Shown here: positions 14,741-23,188 of the stretch, in pieces | Numbering within the stretch: position 1 is the stretch's first letter | Layout of the letters: each line of letters starts with the position of its first letter | NCBI GenBank assembly: GCA_045599485.1 | Contig: JAZRWA010000055.1 | Location: 1-24,596 of the forward strand | Length of the DNA: 24,596 nucleotides | Direction: 5' to 3' | DNA from: Clostridia bacterium | GTDB taxonomy: Bacteria; Bacillota; Clostridia; Christensenellales; Aristaeellaceae | The notes under the pieces: generated by a model | What the model saw: only the letters and a program-made list of their open reading frames with translations | The model's database searches: none | What the model was told of the DNA's origin: nothing | Position numbers and translations under genes: made by a program

Positions 14741-15634
14741 ATGATGAATCTCACATATGGTGTCGCGGAGTCCGCCGATATCGGGGAAATCTTTCAATTA
14801 TGCAAGAAGCTGATTGATGACTATGAGGATGTTGAAAAAATCAATTATCAAAAAGTACTGTGCTGGGTCAAAAAGAAAATCGAAACCCGCATCAAGGAAT
14901 ATACGGTGATTCTTGCGGACGGAAAAAAGGCGGGGTACTATCATTTCTACAGGAACCCTGATGAACGGTTTGAGTTGGATGATCTGTATATTTTCCCTGA
15001 ATTTCAAAGCAAAGGCATCGGCTCGGCCGTCATTCGAAAATGCTGTTCGGAAGTGAATGAACCGGTCATGCTGTATGTCTTTATCAAAAACACTCGGGCT
15101 GTTTCCCTGTATAAACGACTGAGCTTTGAAGTGGCGGAACAGGTTGATGACAGCCGATACATCATGATCCATGATAAGCGCTGCAGAAGGACGCACGCCC
15201 CTGAAATATCCTATCGGGAAGAAAAGCTGTCCGCAGCGGAATACATCGACTTTCTGAAAAGAACCGATCTGGGCTTGCAATACCCCCGGGAACGGTTTGA
15301 GCAAAGGATCGAAAAGCTGGTGAAAAACGTCTCCATCAGTCTTGTCGCCCGCAATGAAGAAAGCAAGATCGTGGGCGTACTGTTTGGACTGACAGATTAC
15401 AGCTATTGGCTTTATGTAACGGATCTGGGCGTGGACAGGGATTACGAAAGGCAGGGCATCGGCAAAACACTGATGCACAAGGCCCATCAGCTTGCAGGCG
15501 GTGAAAAGGACATTGCGGTATACCTTACCGCCAATCAGAACGCGATTCCGTTCTATCAGAAGCTGGGCATGGAACTATCCACTGACGTGATGCAGTATAA
15601 CAAAGTCGATTGGACATCGTTCACCGTTGAATAA
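14741..15634 (+). CDS. Tandem-GNAT N-acetyltransferase (two acetyltransferase domains)
   Basis: There are two acetyl-CoA motif A copies, FQSKGIGSAVI and YERQGIGKTLM. The second ATG at 14744 is an equally possible start. Confidence 0.8.
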   Translation: MMNLTYGVAESADIGEIFQLCKKLIDDYEDVEKINYQKVLCWVKKKIETRIKEYTVILADGKKAGYYHFYRNPDERFELDDLYIFPEFQSKGIGSAVIRKCCSEVNEPVMLYVFIKNTRAVSLYKRLSFEVAEQVDDSRYIMIHDKRCRRTHAPEISYREEKLSAAEYIDFLKRTDLGLQYPRERFEQRIEKLVKNVSISLVARNEESKIVGVLFGLTDYSYWLYVTDLGVDRDYERQGIGKTLMHKAHQLAGGEKDIAVYLTANQNAIPFYQKLGMELSTDVMQYNKVDWTSFTVE

Positions 15635-15665
15635 CCACAAAGTCGTCCGACAGGGAGGCAAAAAT

Positions 15666-16151
15666 ATGAACATTGAGCTTGTACGGCTGACATATGAATA
15701 CCGGCAACAGCTATCCGATATGCTGACCGAATGGAAAGCGGATATCGAAAAGAATCACACCAGTCATTCGCCGTGGATGATCTTCCGCAATGATTTTCAC
15801 GATTTCAAATACTATCTTGAAAATCTTGAGATAAAAGAAGAGACCGAGGACGGGCGTGTGCCGGATACCACCCTTTTCTGCCTCGATAAGGACCGGAACA
15901 TTTTTGTCGGCGCGGTCAACATCCGTCATTACCTCAATGACGACTTGCTGCAGTACGGCGGGCACATCGGCGATGGCATCCGCCCCAGCGAGCGCCGAAA
16001 GGGCTACGCCACCGCCATGATTGCGCTGGCGCTGCAGGAATGCAAAAGGCTGGGCATCGACCGGGTATTGATGTGCTGTGATAAGGAAAACATCGGGTCT
16101 GCCAAATCCATTCTCCGAAACGGCGGCGTACTGGAAAACGAAGTGCCGTAG
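15666..16151 (+). CDS. GNAT N-acetyltransferase (COG3981-like), apparently truncated by an in-frame TAG
   Basis: The motif is GGHIGDGIRPSERRKGYAT. AGGGAGG SD lies upstream of ATG 15666. See the 16149-16190 entry for the truncation. Confidence 0.8.
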   Translation: MNIELVRLTYEYRQQLSDMLTEWKADIEKNHTSHSPWMIFRNDFHDFKYYLENLEIKEETEDGRVPDTTLFCLDKDRNIFVGAVNIRHYLNDDLLQYGGHIGDGIRPSERRKGYATAMIALALQECKRLGIDRVLMCCDKENIGSAKSILRNGGVLENEVP

Positions 16152-16190
16152 GAAGGGCGCATTACACAACGGTACTGGATTCAGTTATAA
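16149..16190 (+). other. In-frame TAG followed by 12 sense codons encoding the expected family C-terminus (EGRITQRYWIQL), then TAA
   Basis: This is a direct translation of 16152-16190 in the frame of the preceding GNAT gene. Confidence 0.6.
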
Positions 16191-16267
16191 AGGCGCATCG
16201 GGCAACAACGGGTTGCTTTACGGCAAAGCCTTTGACTGGTATGATATCGGTATCGGAGGTGAAATGA

Positions 16268-17032
16268 ATGGAAACCAAGGATGTAATTCTGGAGCTTCGT
16301 ACCAAGAAGGGCTTGTCCCAGGATGAGCTTGCCAGGCGGCTGCTGGTCACCCGCCAGGCGGTTTCCCGCTGGGAAAACGGTGAGACGGTACCGAATACCG
16401 AAACGCTGAAGCTGCTTTCCAGGGAATTCAACGTGACCATCAATACGCTTCTCGGCGCGCCGAAGCAACTCATCTGCCAGTGCTGCGGCATGCCGCTGGA
16501 GGATGGCATCGTCAGCCATGACAGTGATGGATCCCTGAATGAAAATTACTGCCGGTGGTGCTACGCGGACGGTACCTACACCTACAGCAGCATGGATGAC
16601 CTGATCGAGGTCTGCGTCACGCAGCTGATGAAGCAGGGATTCAGTGAGGAACAAGCCCGCACCCACATGAAGGCCACGCTGCCCACCCTGGATTACTGGA
16701 AACGGTACGAGGAGCTGAGCGACAACGGACAGTTTGAACAGTTCAAGCAGCAATTGATCGACGAGATCAATGCTCTGCACATTGAGGGCATGCCCAAAGT
16801 GGAAAAGCTGAATGCCCTGGTTGGCAGCTATGTGAACCTGGCTTACCGTTTGCCCAGCGGCAAAAACGTTCAGTTTTTGAATGACCAGACGACTTACCTG
16901 GGCAATCAGCTGGAATCCGAATTCGGCGGGGACAGGTGCTTCGGCATCCTCGCCAACATGGATTTCATCATGGTTTGCACCTATGAAGCGGAAGGGGCGA
17001 ACCCCGAGCTGCTTCTTTATAAAAAAAGATGA
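16268..17032 (+). CDS. XRE-family HTH transcriptional regulator fused to a zinc-ribbon (CxxC...CxxC) domain and an uncharacterised C-terminal domain
   Basis: The HTH is LSQDELARRLLVTRQAVSRWENGETVPN. The Zn ribbon is CQCCGMPL...YCRWCY. GGAGG lies 8 nt upstream. Confidence 0.85.
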   Translation: METKDVILELRTKKGLSQDELARRLLVTRQAVSRWENGETVPNTETLKLLSREFNVTINTLLGAPKQLICQCCGMPLEDGIVSHDSDGSLNENYCRWCYADGTYTYSSMDDLIEVCVTQLMKQGFSEEQARTHMKATLPTLDYWKRYEELSDNGQFEQFKQQLIDEINALHIEGMPKVEKLNALVGSYVNLAYRLPSGKNVQFLNDQTTYLGNQLESEFGGDRCFGILANMDFIMVCTYEAEGANPELLLYKKR

Positions 17033-17061
17033 TCCATCGCACCATGGTTACGAATTAAAAA

Positions 17062-17087
17062 GGCAAGGTACGCGCCCTGTCTTTTTT
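17062..17087 (+). terminator. Weak terminator after the HTH gene
   Basis: GGCAaGG-uacgcg-CCcUGUC followed by T6. Confidence 0.4.
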
Positions 17088-17097
17088 GATGCGAACG

Positions 17098-17128
17098 AAA
17101 AACCCCGTCTGCCAGAAGGCAAACGGGG
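17098..17128 (-). terminator. Terminator of the sugar ABC ATPase gene
   Basis: On the - strand it reads CCCCGTtTGCC-ttct-GGCAgACGGGG followed by T5. Confidence 0.7.
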
Positions 17129-17148
17129 CGAAATTGCTGTTAAAACAA

Positions 17149-18270
17149 TCAGCGGTTGAGGATGGTCTCCTCGGTCTCCTTGTCGAAGAAGTGCAGACGG
17201 CTGGTATCCAGCGCGACGGCGATGCTGTCACCGGTGCGCGTGGCGGTGCGGGGATCCACGCGGGCGATGACGTTTTCTTCCTTGCCGGAGGTGGTGAAGT
17301 ACAGGTAGGTTTCAGAGCCCATCAGCTCGGTCACTTCTACGTGCACGTTGATCTTGGCTTCGGGATTGGCGGCCACATACTCGGGATCGTCGTTGATGTT
17401 TTCGGGACGGATACCCATGGTGACGGTCTTGCCGATGTAGCTTTCATCCTTGAACTTGGCGATCTTCTCCTTGGGAACAAGGATCTTGTTCTCGCCGAAG
17501 CAGGCATAGACCTTACCGGCCTCAGCCTTCAGCTCAACATCGAAGAAGTTCATCTGGGGAGAACCGATGAAGCCGGCCACGAACTTGTTGGCGGGATAGT
17601 CATAGTTGTTCTGGGGAGTATCGACCTGCTGGATGAAGCCATCCTTCATGATGACGATACGGGAGCCCATGGTCATGGCCTCGGTCTGGTCATGGGTAAC
17701 GTAGATGAAGGTGGTCTGCAGGCGCTGATGCAGCTTGGTGATCTCGGTACGCATCTGAACACGCAGCTTGGCGTCCAGGTTGGACAGAGGTTCGTCCATC
17801 AGGAAGACCTTGGGTTCACGCACGATGGCGCGGCCCAGAGCAACACGCTGACGCTGACCACCGGACAGAGCCTTGGGCTTACGGTTGAGCAGGTGCTCGA
17901 TGCCCAGGATGCGGGCAGCCTCGGTCACGCGCTTTTTGATCTCTTCCTTGGGGGTCTTGCGCAGCTTCAGACCGAAGGCCATGTTGTCATACACGGTCAT
18001 GTGGGGATACAGGGCGTAGTTCTGGAACACCATGGCGATGTCGCGATCCTTGGGGGCCACGTCGTTGACCAGCTTGTCGCCGATGTACAGTTCGCCGTCG
18101 CTGATTTCTTCCAGACCGGCGACCATGCGCAGGGTGGTGGACTTACCGCAGCCGGAAGGACCGACCAGAACGATAAACTCCTTATCCTCGATATCCAGGC
18201 AGAAGTCGCTTACAGCGGTCACGCCGCCGGCATAGATCTTGTAAATGTGATTCAGGGATACGCTTGCCAT
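17149..18270 (-). CDS. Stand-alone carbohydrate ABC transporter ATP-binding protein (MsmK/MsmX/MalK-like)
   Basis: Motifs are [34 protein letters not shown] and VTHDQ, with a C-terminal MalK-type regulatory domain. GGAGG lies 9 nt upstream. No cognate permease is adjacent. Confidence 0.92.
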   Translation of the reverse strand: MASVSLNHIYKIYAGGVTAVSDFCLDIEDKEFIVLVGPSGCGKSTTLRMVAGLEEISDGELYIGDKLVNDVAPKDRDIAMVFQNYALYPHMTVYDNMAFGLKLRKTPKEEIKKRVTEAARILGIEHLLNRKPKALSGGQRQRVALGRAIVREPKVFLMDEPLSNLDAKLRVQMRTEITKLHQRLQTTFIYVTHDQTEAMTMGSRIVIMKDGFIQQVDTPQNNYDYPANKFVAGFIGSPQMNFFDVELKAEAGKVYACFGENKILVPKEKIAKFKDESYIGKTVTMGIRPENINDDPEYVAANPEAKINVHVEVTELMGSETYLYFTTSGKEENVIARVDPRTATRTGDSIAVALDTSRLHFFDKETEETILNR

Positions 18271-18462
18271 AACACAGATCCTCCTTAAAATATATCCTCT
18301 TTGCTCAATATGAGCATGATCTACGATGCTGTAATTATACTAAAAAACCACCAGATTGAACAGGCGCAGAATACACAAAGATTGATCCTGTTTATTGTGC
18401 AAACTGTCAAAGAATACAAAAAAGGTTTTTTCGGGATTGTTTAACTCCACTTCATATTTATA

Positions 18463-18471
18463 TGCTACAAT
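18463..18471 (+). promoter_or_regulatory. Candidate extended -10 element (TGcTACAAT) for the two-component operon
   Basis: It lies 30 nt upstream of ATG 18501. No good -35 is present. Confidence 0.4.
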
Positions 18472-18500
18472 ATCATCCGTACACAAGGGAGGGATTGCAC

Positions 18501-19175
18501 ATGTTTCAGATCATGGTTGTGGAGGATGACAACAACACCCGGCGCCTGATGGCCACGGTGCTGCGGCAGAACGGCTACGAGCCTGTCTGCGCGCGCGACG
18601 GCGTGGAAGCGTTGGAGCTGATGGACAGTCACCATGTGGACCTGATCGTTCTGGATATCATGATGCCTCGCATGGACGGCTATGAGTTGACACGCACCCT
18701 TCGCGAGAGCGGCAGCGAGATCCCCATTCTGATGGTCACGGCCCGTGAAGCGCCGCAGGATAAGCACAAGGGCTTTTTAATCGGCACGGACGACTACATG
18801 GTAAAGCCTGTGGACGAGGAAGAGATGCTGCTTCGCATTGCCGCCCTGCTGCGCCGCAGCCGCATCGCCGCCGACCGCAAGCTGACCATCGGCAGCACGG
18901 AGCTGAACTTTACCTCACTATCCGTCATCGTCAGCGGTGAAACCGAAGCGCTGCCCAAGAAGGAGTTTTTACTGCTGTTTAAGCTGCTCTCCTATCCGGG
19001 ACGCATTTTTACCCGTCGTCAATTGATGGACGAGATCTGGGATATGGACAGCGAATCGGATGAGCGCACCGTGGATGTGCACATCAACCGTCTGCGTGAC
19101 AAATTCCGTGACAGCAGCGATTTTGAGATCGTCACCGTACGCGGGCTGGGATACAAGGCGGTGCTGAAGCAATGA
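18501..19175 (+). CDS. OmpR/PhoB-family response regulator
   Basis: The receiver domain shows MVVEDD...LIVLDIMMP...K. The winged-helix domain shows TVDVHINRLRDKF. The start is ATG 18501 with AAGGGAGGG upstream. Confidence 0.93.
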   Translation: MFQIMVVEDDNNTRRLMATVLRQNGYEPVCARDGVEALELMDSHHVDLIVLDIMMPRMDGYELTRTLRESGSEIPILMVTAREAPQDKHKGFLIGTDDYMVKPVDEEEMLLRIAALLRRSRIAADRKLTIGSTELNFTSLSVIVSGETEALPKKEFLLLFKLLSYPGRIFTRRQLMDEIWDMDSESDERTVDVHINRLRDKFRDSSDFEIVTVRGLGYKAVLKQ

Positions 19176-20230
19176 GAAACCGTTTGGGCAGCCTGCGCAT
19201 GCGCCTGGTGCTGTATGTGTTCTTTATCATGCTGCTCTCCAACTTTCTGACCAGCGCGCTGTATTTCTCGGCGCAGCTGTTCCCCGGCACGCCCTACGCG
19301 GCATTGTTGCTGACACAGGCCATGTCCCCCGTGCGGCTGGTGCTGATCTCCGGCATCATCGCCACCGTGATCACCGCGTGGATCGGCAAATATTTTCTCA
19401 GCCCCATCCTGCAGATCAAGGACGCCACCGAGCGCGTCGCCAAAGGGGATTTTTCGGTTCAGCTGCCCGAAAATGAAGGCGAGGACTCGGACGAAATGAA
19501 CGATCTGATCCGCTCCTTCAACCGCATGACGCAGGAGCTGAGCGGCATCGAAATCTTCCGCAACGATTTTATCAACAGCTTTTCCCACGAATTCAAAACG
19601 CCCATCGTTTCCATCCGCGGTTTTGCCCGCCAGCTGCAGCGGGAGGACCTGACCGATGAGGAGCGGCGGGAATACGCCACCATCATTGCCAATGAATCCG
19701 AGCGGCTGGCCAGCCTTGCCACCAACATTCTTTTGCTGTCCAAGCTGGAAGCACAGGAGATCGTGACCGAAAAGACCGAGTTCTCCCTGGATGAACAGCT
19801 GCGCTCCTGCATTCTGCTGCTGGAAAAGCAATGGGAAGCCAAGGAACTGATGCTCGATATCGACCTTGTCGAGCTTCGCTGCCGCGGCAACAAGCAGATG
19901 CTGGAGCAGGCGTGGATCAACCTTTTGAACAACGCCATCAAGTTCACCCCCACGGGCGGCACCATTTCGGTCTCCCTGAAGGTCGAAGGACGGCAGGCGG
20001 TCATCCGCTTCGGGGATACAGGCATCGGCATGAGCGAGGAAACGCGGGCCCATATCTTTGAAAAATTCTATCAGGGCGACAAGGCGCACCACGGTGAGGG
20101 CAACGGCCTGGGGCTTACCATGGTGCAGCGCATTGTCAAACTGTCCGGCGGCGCCATCCGTGTGACCAGCGAGCCCGGCAAGGGCAGCACCTTTTCGGTT
20201 TATTTGCCGCTGGACAGCGCAGCCAAATAA
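19172..20230 (+). CDS. Sensor histidine kinase with two TM helices, a roughly 20-aa external loop, and HAMP, HisKA and HATPase domains
   Basis: The H-box is FSHEFKTPI, the N-box is LLNNAIKFT, G1 is DTGIGM and G2 is GNGLGL. It overlaps the regulator gene as ATGA. Confidence 0.92.
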   Translation: MRNRLGSLRMRLVLYVFFIMLLSNFLTSALYFSAQLFPGTPYAALLLTQAMSPVRLVLISGIIATVITAWIGKYFLSPILQIKDATERVAKGDFSVQLPENEGEDSDEMNDLIRSFNRMTQELSGIEIFRNDFINSFSHEFKTPIVSIRGFARQLQREDLTDEERREYATIIANESERLASLATNILLLSKLEAQEIVTEKTEFSLDEQLRSCILLLEKQWEAKELMLDIDLVELRCRGNKQMLEQAWINLLNNAIKFTPTGGTISVSLKVEGRQAVIRFGDTGIGMSEETRAHIFEKFYQGDKAHHGEGNGLGLTMVQRIVKLSGGAIRVTSEPGKGSTFSVYLPLDSAAK

Positions 20231-20251
20231 CCTTTTCCCCACTGATTGCGC

Positions 20252-20281
20252 TTTACAAACAGCAGAGATTTGTTTTACAAT
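20252..20281 (+). promoter_or_regulatory. Candidate SigA promoter for azlCD
   Basis: TTTACA, an 18-nt spacer, then TACAAT. Confidence 0.5.
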
Positions 20282-20315
20282 AAGCGCTGTCTGATTTTTC
20301 CCGTGGAGGCTGTTT

Positions 20316-21023
20316 ATGAGCAATGGAAACAAAGCCGCTTATCTGCGCGGCATCAGGGATGGGCTGCCCATCGCGGCCGGTTATTTTGCCGTATCCTTTG
20401 CGCTGGGCATCTATGCACGCCAGTGCGGTCTGACCGCAGCCGAGGCCACGCTTTCCTCCCTGCTGACCAACGCCTCCGCCGGTGAGTATCAGGGATTCAA
20501 GATGATCGCCGCCGCTTCCTCGGTCTGGATGGTCATCCTGATGACCACGGTCATCAACGCGCGATATCTTTTGATGAGCTGCGCCCTTTGCCAGAAGCTT
20601 TCCCCTTCCGTGCCGCTGTGGCAGCGACTGCTGCTGGGGGACTGCGTGACGGATGAGATCTTTGCCATTTCCGCCGCCTATCCGGGCTCCCTGAACCCGG
20701 TGTACAGCTACGGCGCGTTCAGCGTGGCCAGCCCCGGCTGGGCAGCCGGAACGCTGCTTGGCGTGATCATGGGCAATGTACTTCCCGTCAACGTCGTCAA
20801 TGCGCTGGGCGTAGGACTGTATGGCATGTTCATCGCCATCATCGTACCGCCGGCAAAGGAAAACCGCGTGGTAGCCGGGGTGGTGATCCTGGCAATGCTG
20901 CTCAGCTTTATTGCCTCCCATCTATCCTTCATGACCGACGCCATGAGTGTGCTGCTCATCACCGTGATCCTTTCCGCTGCCGCCGCGCTGCTGTTCCCTG
21001 TAAAGGAGGAAGAAAAAGCATGA
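20316..21023 (+). CDS. azlC: AzlC-family branched-chain amino acid exporter subunit
   Basis: The 235-aa polytopic protein has an AzlC-like N-terminus (LRGIRDGLPIAAGYFAVSFALG). A GGAGG SD is present. Confidence 0.83.
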   Translation: MSNGNKAAYLRGIRDGLPIAAGYFAVSFALGIYARQCGLTAAEATLSSLLTNASAGEYQGFKMIAAASSVWMVILMTTVINARYLLMSCALCQKLSPSVPLWQRLLLGDCVTDEIFAISAAYPGSLNPVYSYGAFSVASPGWAAGTLLGVIMGNVLPVNVVNALGVGLYGMFIAIIVPPAKENRVVAGVVILAMLLSFIASHLSFMTDAMSVLLITVILSAAAALLFPVKEEEKA

Positions 21024-21316
21024 GCAATCTCGGCTATATCCTTCTGATCGCGCTGGTCACCTATGCGCTGCGCGTGCTGCCGCTCACATTGATCCGCCGC
21101 CCCATCACCAACCGGTTCATCCGTTCTTTCTTATACTATGTACCTTATGTCACGCTGGCTGCCATGACCTTTCCGGCCATGATCCACGCGACCGGCAACG
21201 ATCTGGCCGGTCTGGCCGCCTTTGCCGCCGCCATCGTTCTGGCCCTGTGCAAACAAAAGCTGCTGACCGTCGCCGTCGCCGCCTGCGCAGTCGCCTTTCT
21301 GGTGGGATTGATTTAA
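21020..21316 (+). CDS. azlD: AzlD-family small membrane subunit
   Basis: The 98-aa hydrophobic protein overlaps azlC as ATGA. Confidence 0.8.
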   Translation: MSNLGYILLIALVTYALRVLPLTLIRRPITNRFIRSFLYYVPYVTLAAMTFPAMIHATGNDLAGLAAFAAAIVLALCKQKLLTVAVAACAVAFLVGLI

Positions 21317-21331
21317 GCATTTCTCCGATTG

Positions 21332-21368
21332 AAAACAACACTCCGGTACTGCCGGAGTGTTGTTTTTC
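21332..21368. terminator. Bidirectional rho-independent terminator between convergent azlD and the ABC ATPase gene
   Basis: The perfect 13-bp stem AACAACACTCCGG / CCGGAGTGTTGTT has a 5-nt loop and is flanked by an A-run and a T-run. Confidence 0.85.
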
Positions 21369-21381
21369 ATTATACATCCCG

Positions 21382-22167
21382 TTACAGCGTTAGATTCTTC
21401 TGACGGGCGGTGTAGAACAGCTCTGCCAGGTGGCCGGAGGTCATCTGCTCGCGCTCCGGACCGCTGATATCCATGACCACTTTTCCCGAAGACAGCATGA
21501 TGGTACGAGTGCCGATGCCAAGCGCGTAGTCCATATCATGCGTGACCATCAGGGTGGTAATGCCCTGCTCCGCCGTGATGCGTTTGGTCAGCTCCATCAC
21601 CTTGTCGGCCGCACCGGGATCAAGGGCCGCGGTGTGCTCATCCAGCAGCAGCAAACGCGGTTTGGCGATGGTCGCCATCAGCAGCGAGGCCGCCTGACGC
21701 TGTCCGCCCGAGAGCAGGCCCATACGGGTCTTCATCCGGTCCTCAAGGCCCATATTCAGGGCCGCCAGCAGCTCACGGAAATAAGCGCTGTCCCGACGGT
21801 TGACGGCAAAAAAGGAACGGGAGGACTTGCGCGTATAAGCCAGCGCCAGGTTTTCTTCAATGGTCATATCGGGCGCAGTACCGCGCAGTGGATTCTGATA
21901 CAGACAGCCGATGTTCAGGGCACGCTTATAATCCTTCTGTCGGGTGATATCTTCACCGCCCAGCAGAATGGATCCCTCATCGGGACGCAGTTTTCCGAGA
22001 ATAGCATTGAACAACGTGCTTTTACCGCTGCCGTTGGTACCCAGCACCGTAACAAACTGCCCGGCAGGCACCGTCAGATTCAGATGGTCCAGGGCGACTT
22101 TTTCATTGGCAGTGCCTTTTTCAAAGCATTTGGTCAGGTTTTGAATGTTCAGTTCACAGCCGTTCAT
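21382..22167 (-). CDS. ABC transporter ATP-binding protein (COG1101 type)
   Basis: The start is ATG 22167 (MNGCELNIQNL...), which overlaps the permease stop as ATGA. Motifs are GTNGSGKST, LSGGQRQA, LLLDEHTAALD and VTHD. The 170 extra N-terminal residues in the ORF track are read-through of the permease gene in another frame. Confidence 0.9.
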   Translation of the reverse strand: MNGCELNIQNLTKCFEKGTANEKVALDHLNLTVPAGQFVTVLGTNGSGKSTLFNAILGKLRPDEGSILLGGEDITRQKDYKRALNIGCLYQNPLRGTAPDMTIEENLALAYTRKSSRSFFAVNRRDSAYFRELLAALNMGLEDRMKTRMGLLSGGQRQAASLLMATIAKPRLLLLDEHTAALDPGAADKVMELTKRITAEQGITTLMVTHDMDYALGIGTRTIMLSSGKVVMDISGPEREQMTSGHLAELFYTARQKNLTL

Positions 22168-23117
22168 GCCTTTTTCCCTCCTGGAAGCCTGAAGCCGTGC
22201 TTTTTGAGCAGCGGCACACCCAGCGCGATGATCACAATGAGCGTGGAGAGGAGTTTGACGGAATAGGACGGCAGATCGATGCTGTAGGCCAGCTGCAGCA
22301 CGATGCGATAAAGAATAGAGCCGCCCGCCGCCGAGAGCAGGCCGAGGATCAAGCCGCGGTTTCCGCCCAGCACCTGACCGATGATGACAGAAGCCAGTCC
22401 CATGACCAGCATGCCGCTGCCGCAGTTCAGGTCGGCGTAACGCTGCTGCTGACAGAGCAGGCCGCCGCTGAAGGCCACCAGCGCGTTGGCCAGCATGATG
22501 CCGGCGGTGCGCGTCAGATCGGCATTGATGGAGGAGGAACGCACCATTTCTTCGTTGTCGCCGGTACCGCGGATGGCCATGCCCGGACGGGTGAAAAAGA
22601 AAACGCCGAGGAGGACGAGCAGGATCGCTACGATGCCCAGCGTCAGCAGCATGACCTGCGTGTTGGTGTTTTTCCACTGACCGCCCAGGGGACTGAGCAG
22701 CTGACCAAAGCTTTTATACACCGTATCCGCCGCCTGATTGACGGGATACCCCGCGGCATTCATGACCTGACGCTGCAGATAAAGGTTGCTCTGACCGCCC
22801 AGCACGGCATAATTGACCGTATACAGGCCGGTCGACACCAGGATGCCGCACAGAATGGGTTCGATTTTGAGCTTGGTCTGCAGCAGCGCAGTACAAAGGC
22901 CGGCAACGGCACCCGCCGCCAGCGCGGCAAACAGCGCCAGCACCGGATAACCGGCAATGGTGACAGCGGCACAAACGGTCATGCCTACCACAAAGCTGCC
23001 GTCCACGGTCAGATCGGGCGTTTTCAGTATTTTAAAGGTGACAAATACACCCAGCGCCATGGGCGCATACAACAGGCCCTGACTGATGGCGGAAATCAGC
23101 ATATTGATCAGTACCAC
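22164..23117 (-). CDS. ABC transporter permease (COG4120 type)
   Basis: The motif is KTPDLTVDGSFVVG in a polytopic protein. The start is GTG, with GGAGG 7 nt upstream. Confidence 0.85.
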   Translation of the reverse strand: MVLINMLISAISQGLLYAPMALGVFVTFKILKTPDLTVDGSFVVGMTVCAAVTIAGYPVLALFAALAAGAVAGLCTALLQTKLKIEPILCGILVSTGLYTVNYAVLGGQSNLYLQRQVMNAAGYPVNQAADTVYKSFGQLLSPLGGQWKNTNTQVMLLTLGIVAILLVLLGVFFFTRPGMAIRGTGDNEEMVRSSSINADLTRTAGIMLANALVAFSGGLLCQQQRYADLNCGSGMLVMGLASVIIGQVLGGNRGLILGLLSAAGGSILYRIVLQLAYSIDLPSYSVKLLSTLIVIIALGVPLLKKHGFRLPGGKKA

Positions 23118-23147
23118 GGTTTTTCCTCCTCGGAAACAGCGGAAAGC

Positions 23148-23169
23148 CGGAAGCCCGAAGGCTTCCGGT
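23148..23169 (-). other. Intercistronic 9-bp perfect hairpin with a TTCG tetraloop between the binding-protein and permease genes
   Basis: On the - strand it reads CCGGAAGCC-TTCG-GGCTTCCGG, followed by a C/T-rich tract. Confidence 0.6.
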
Positions 23170-23188
23170 CAGAGATCCGCGTTTGCTT

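Noticed and set aside
16149-16151. TAG as a pyrrolysine codon
   Set aside because: Nothing in the window (no pyl genes, no methylamine methyltransferase context) supports Pyl decoding. A nonsense mutation or sequencing error is far more likely, so I kept it only as a check.
17086-18288. 400-aa + strand ORF opposite the MsmK-like gene, and similar ORFs at 19019-20332, 21430-22266, 22197-23204 and 23183-24235
   Set aside because: All are mirror ORFs of strongly supported genes and lack SDs and motifs.
18368-18418. Direct repeat AGAATACA at 18368 and 18411 upstream of the two-component operon (possible response-regulator boxes)
   Set aside because: A single 8-mer recurring once in a 230-bp AT-rich spacer is close to chance expectation. 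There is no third copy and no dyad.
22168-22677. 170-residue N-terminal extension of the ABC ATPase ORF (431 aa in the ORF track)
   Set aside because: The extension is Arg/Pro/His-rich nonsense overlapping the permease gene in another frame. The family-typical N-terminus begins at ATG 22167, which forms an ATGA overlap with the permease stop.
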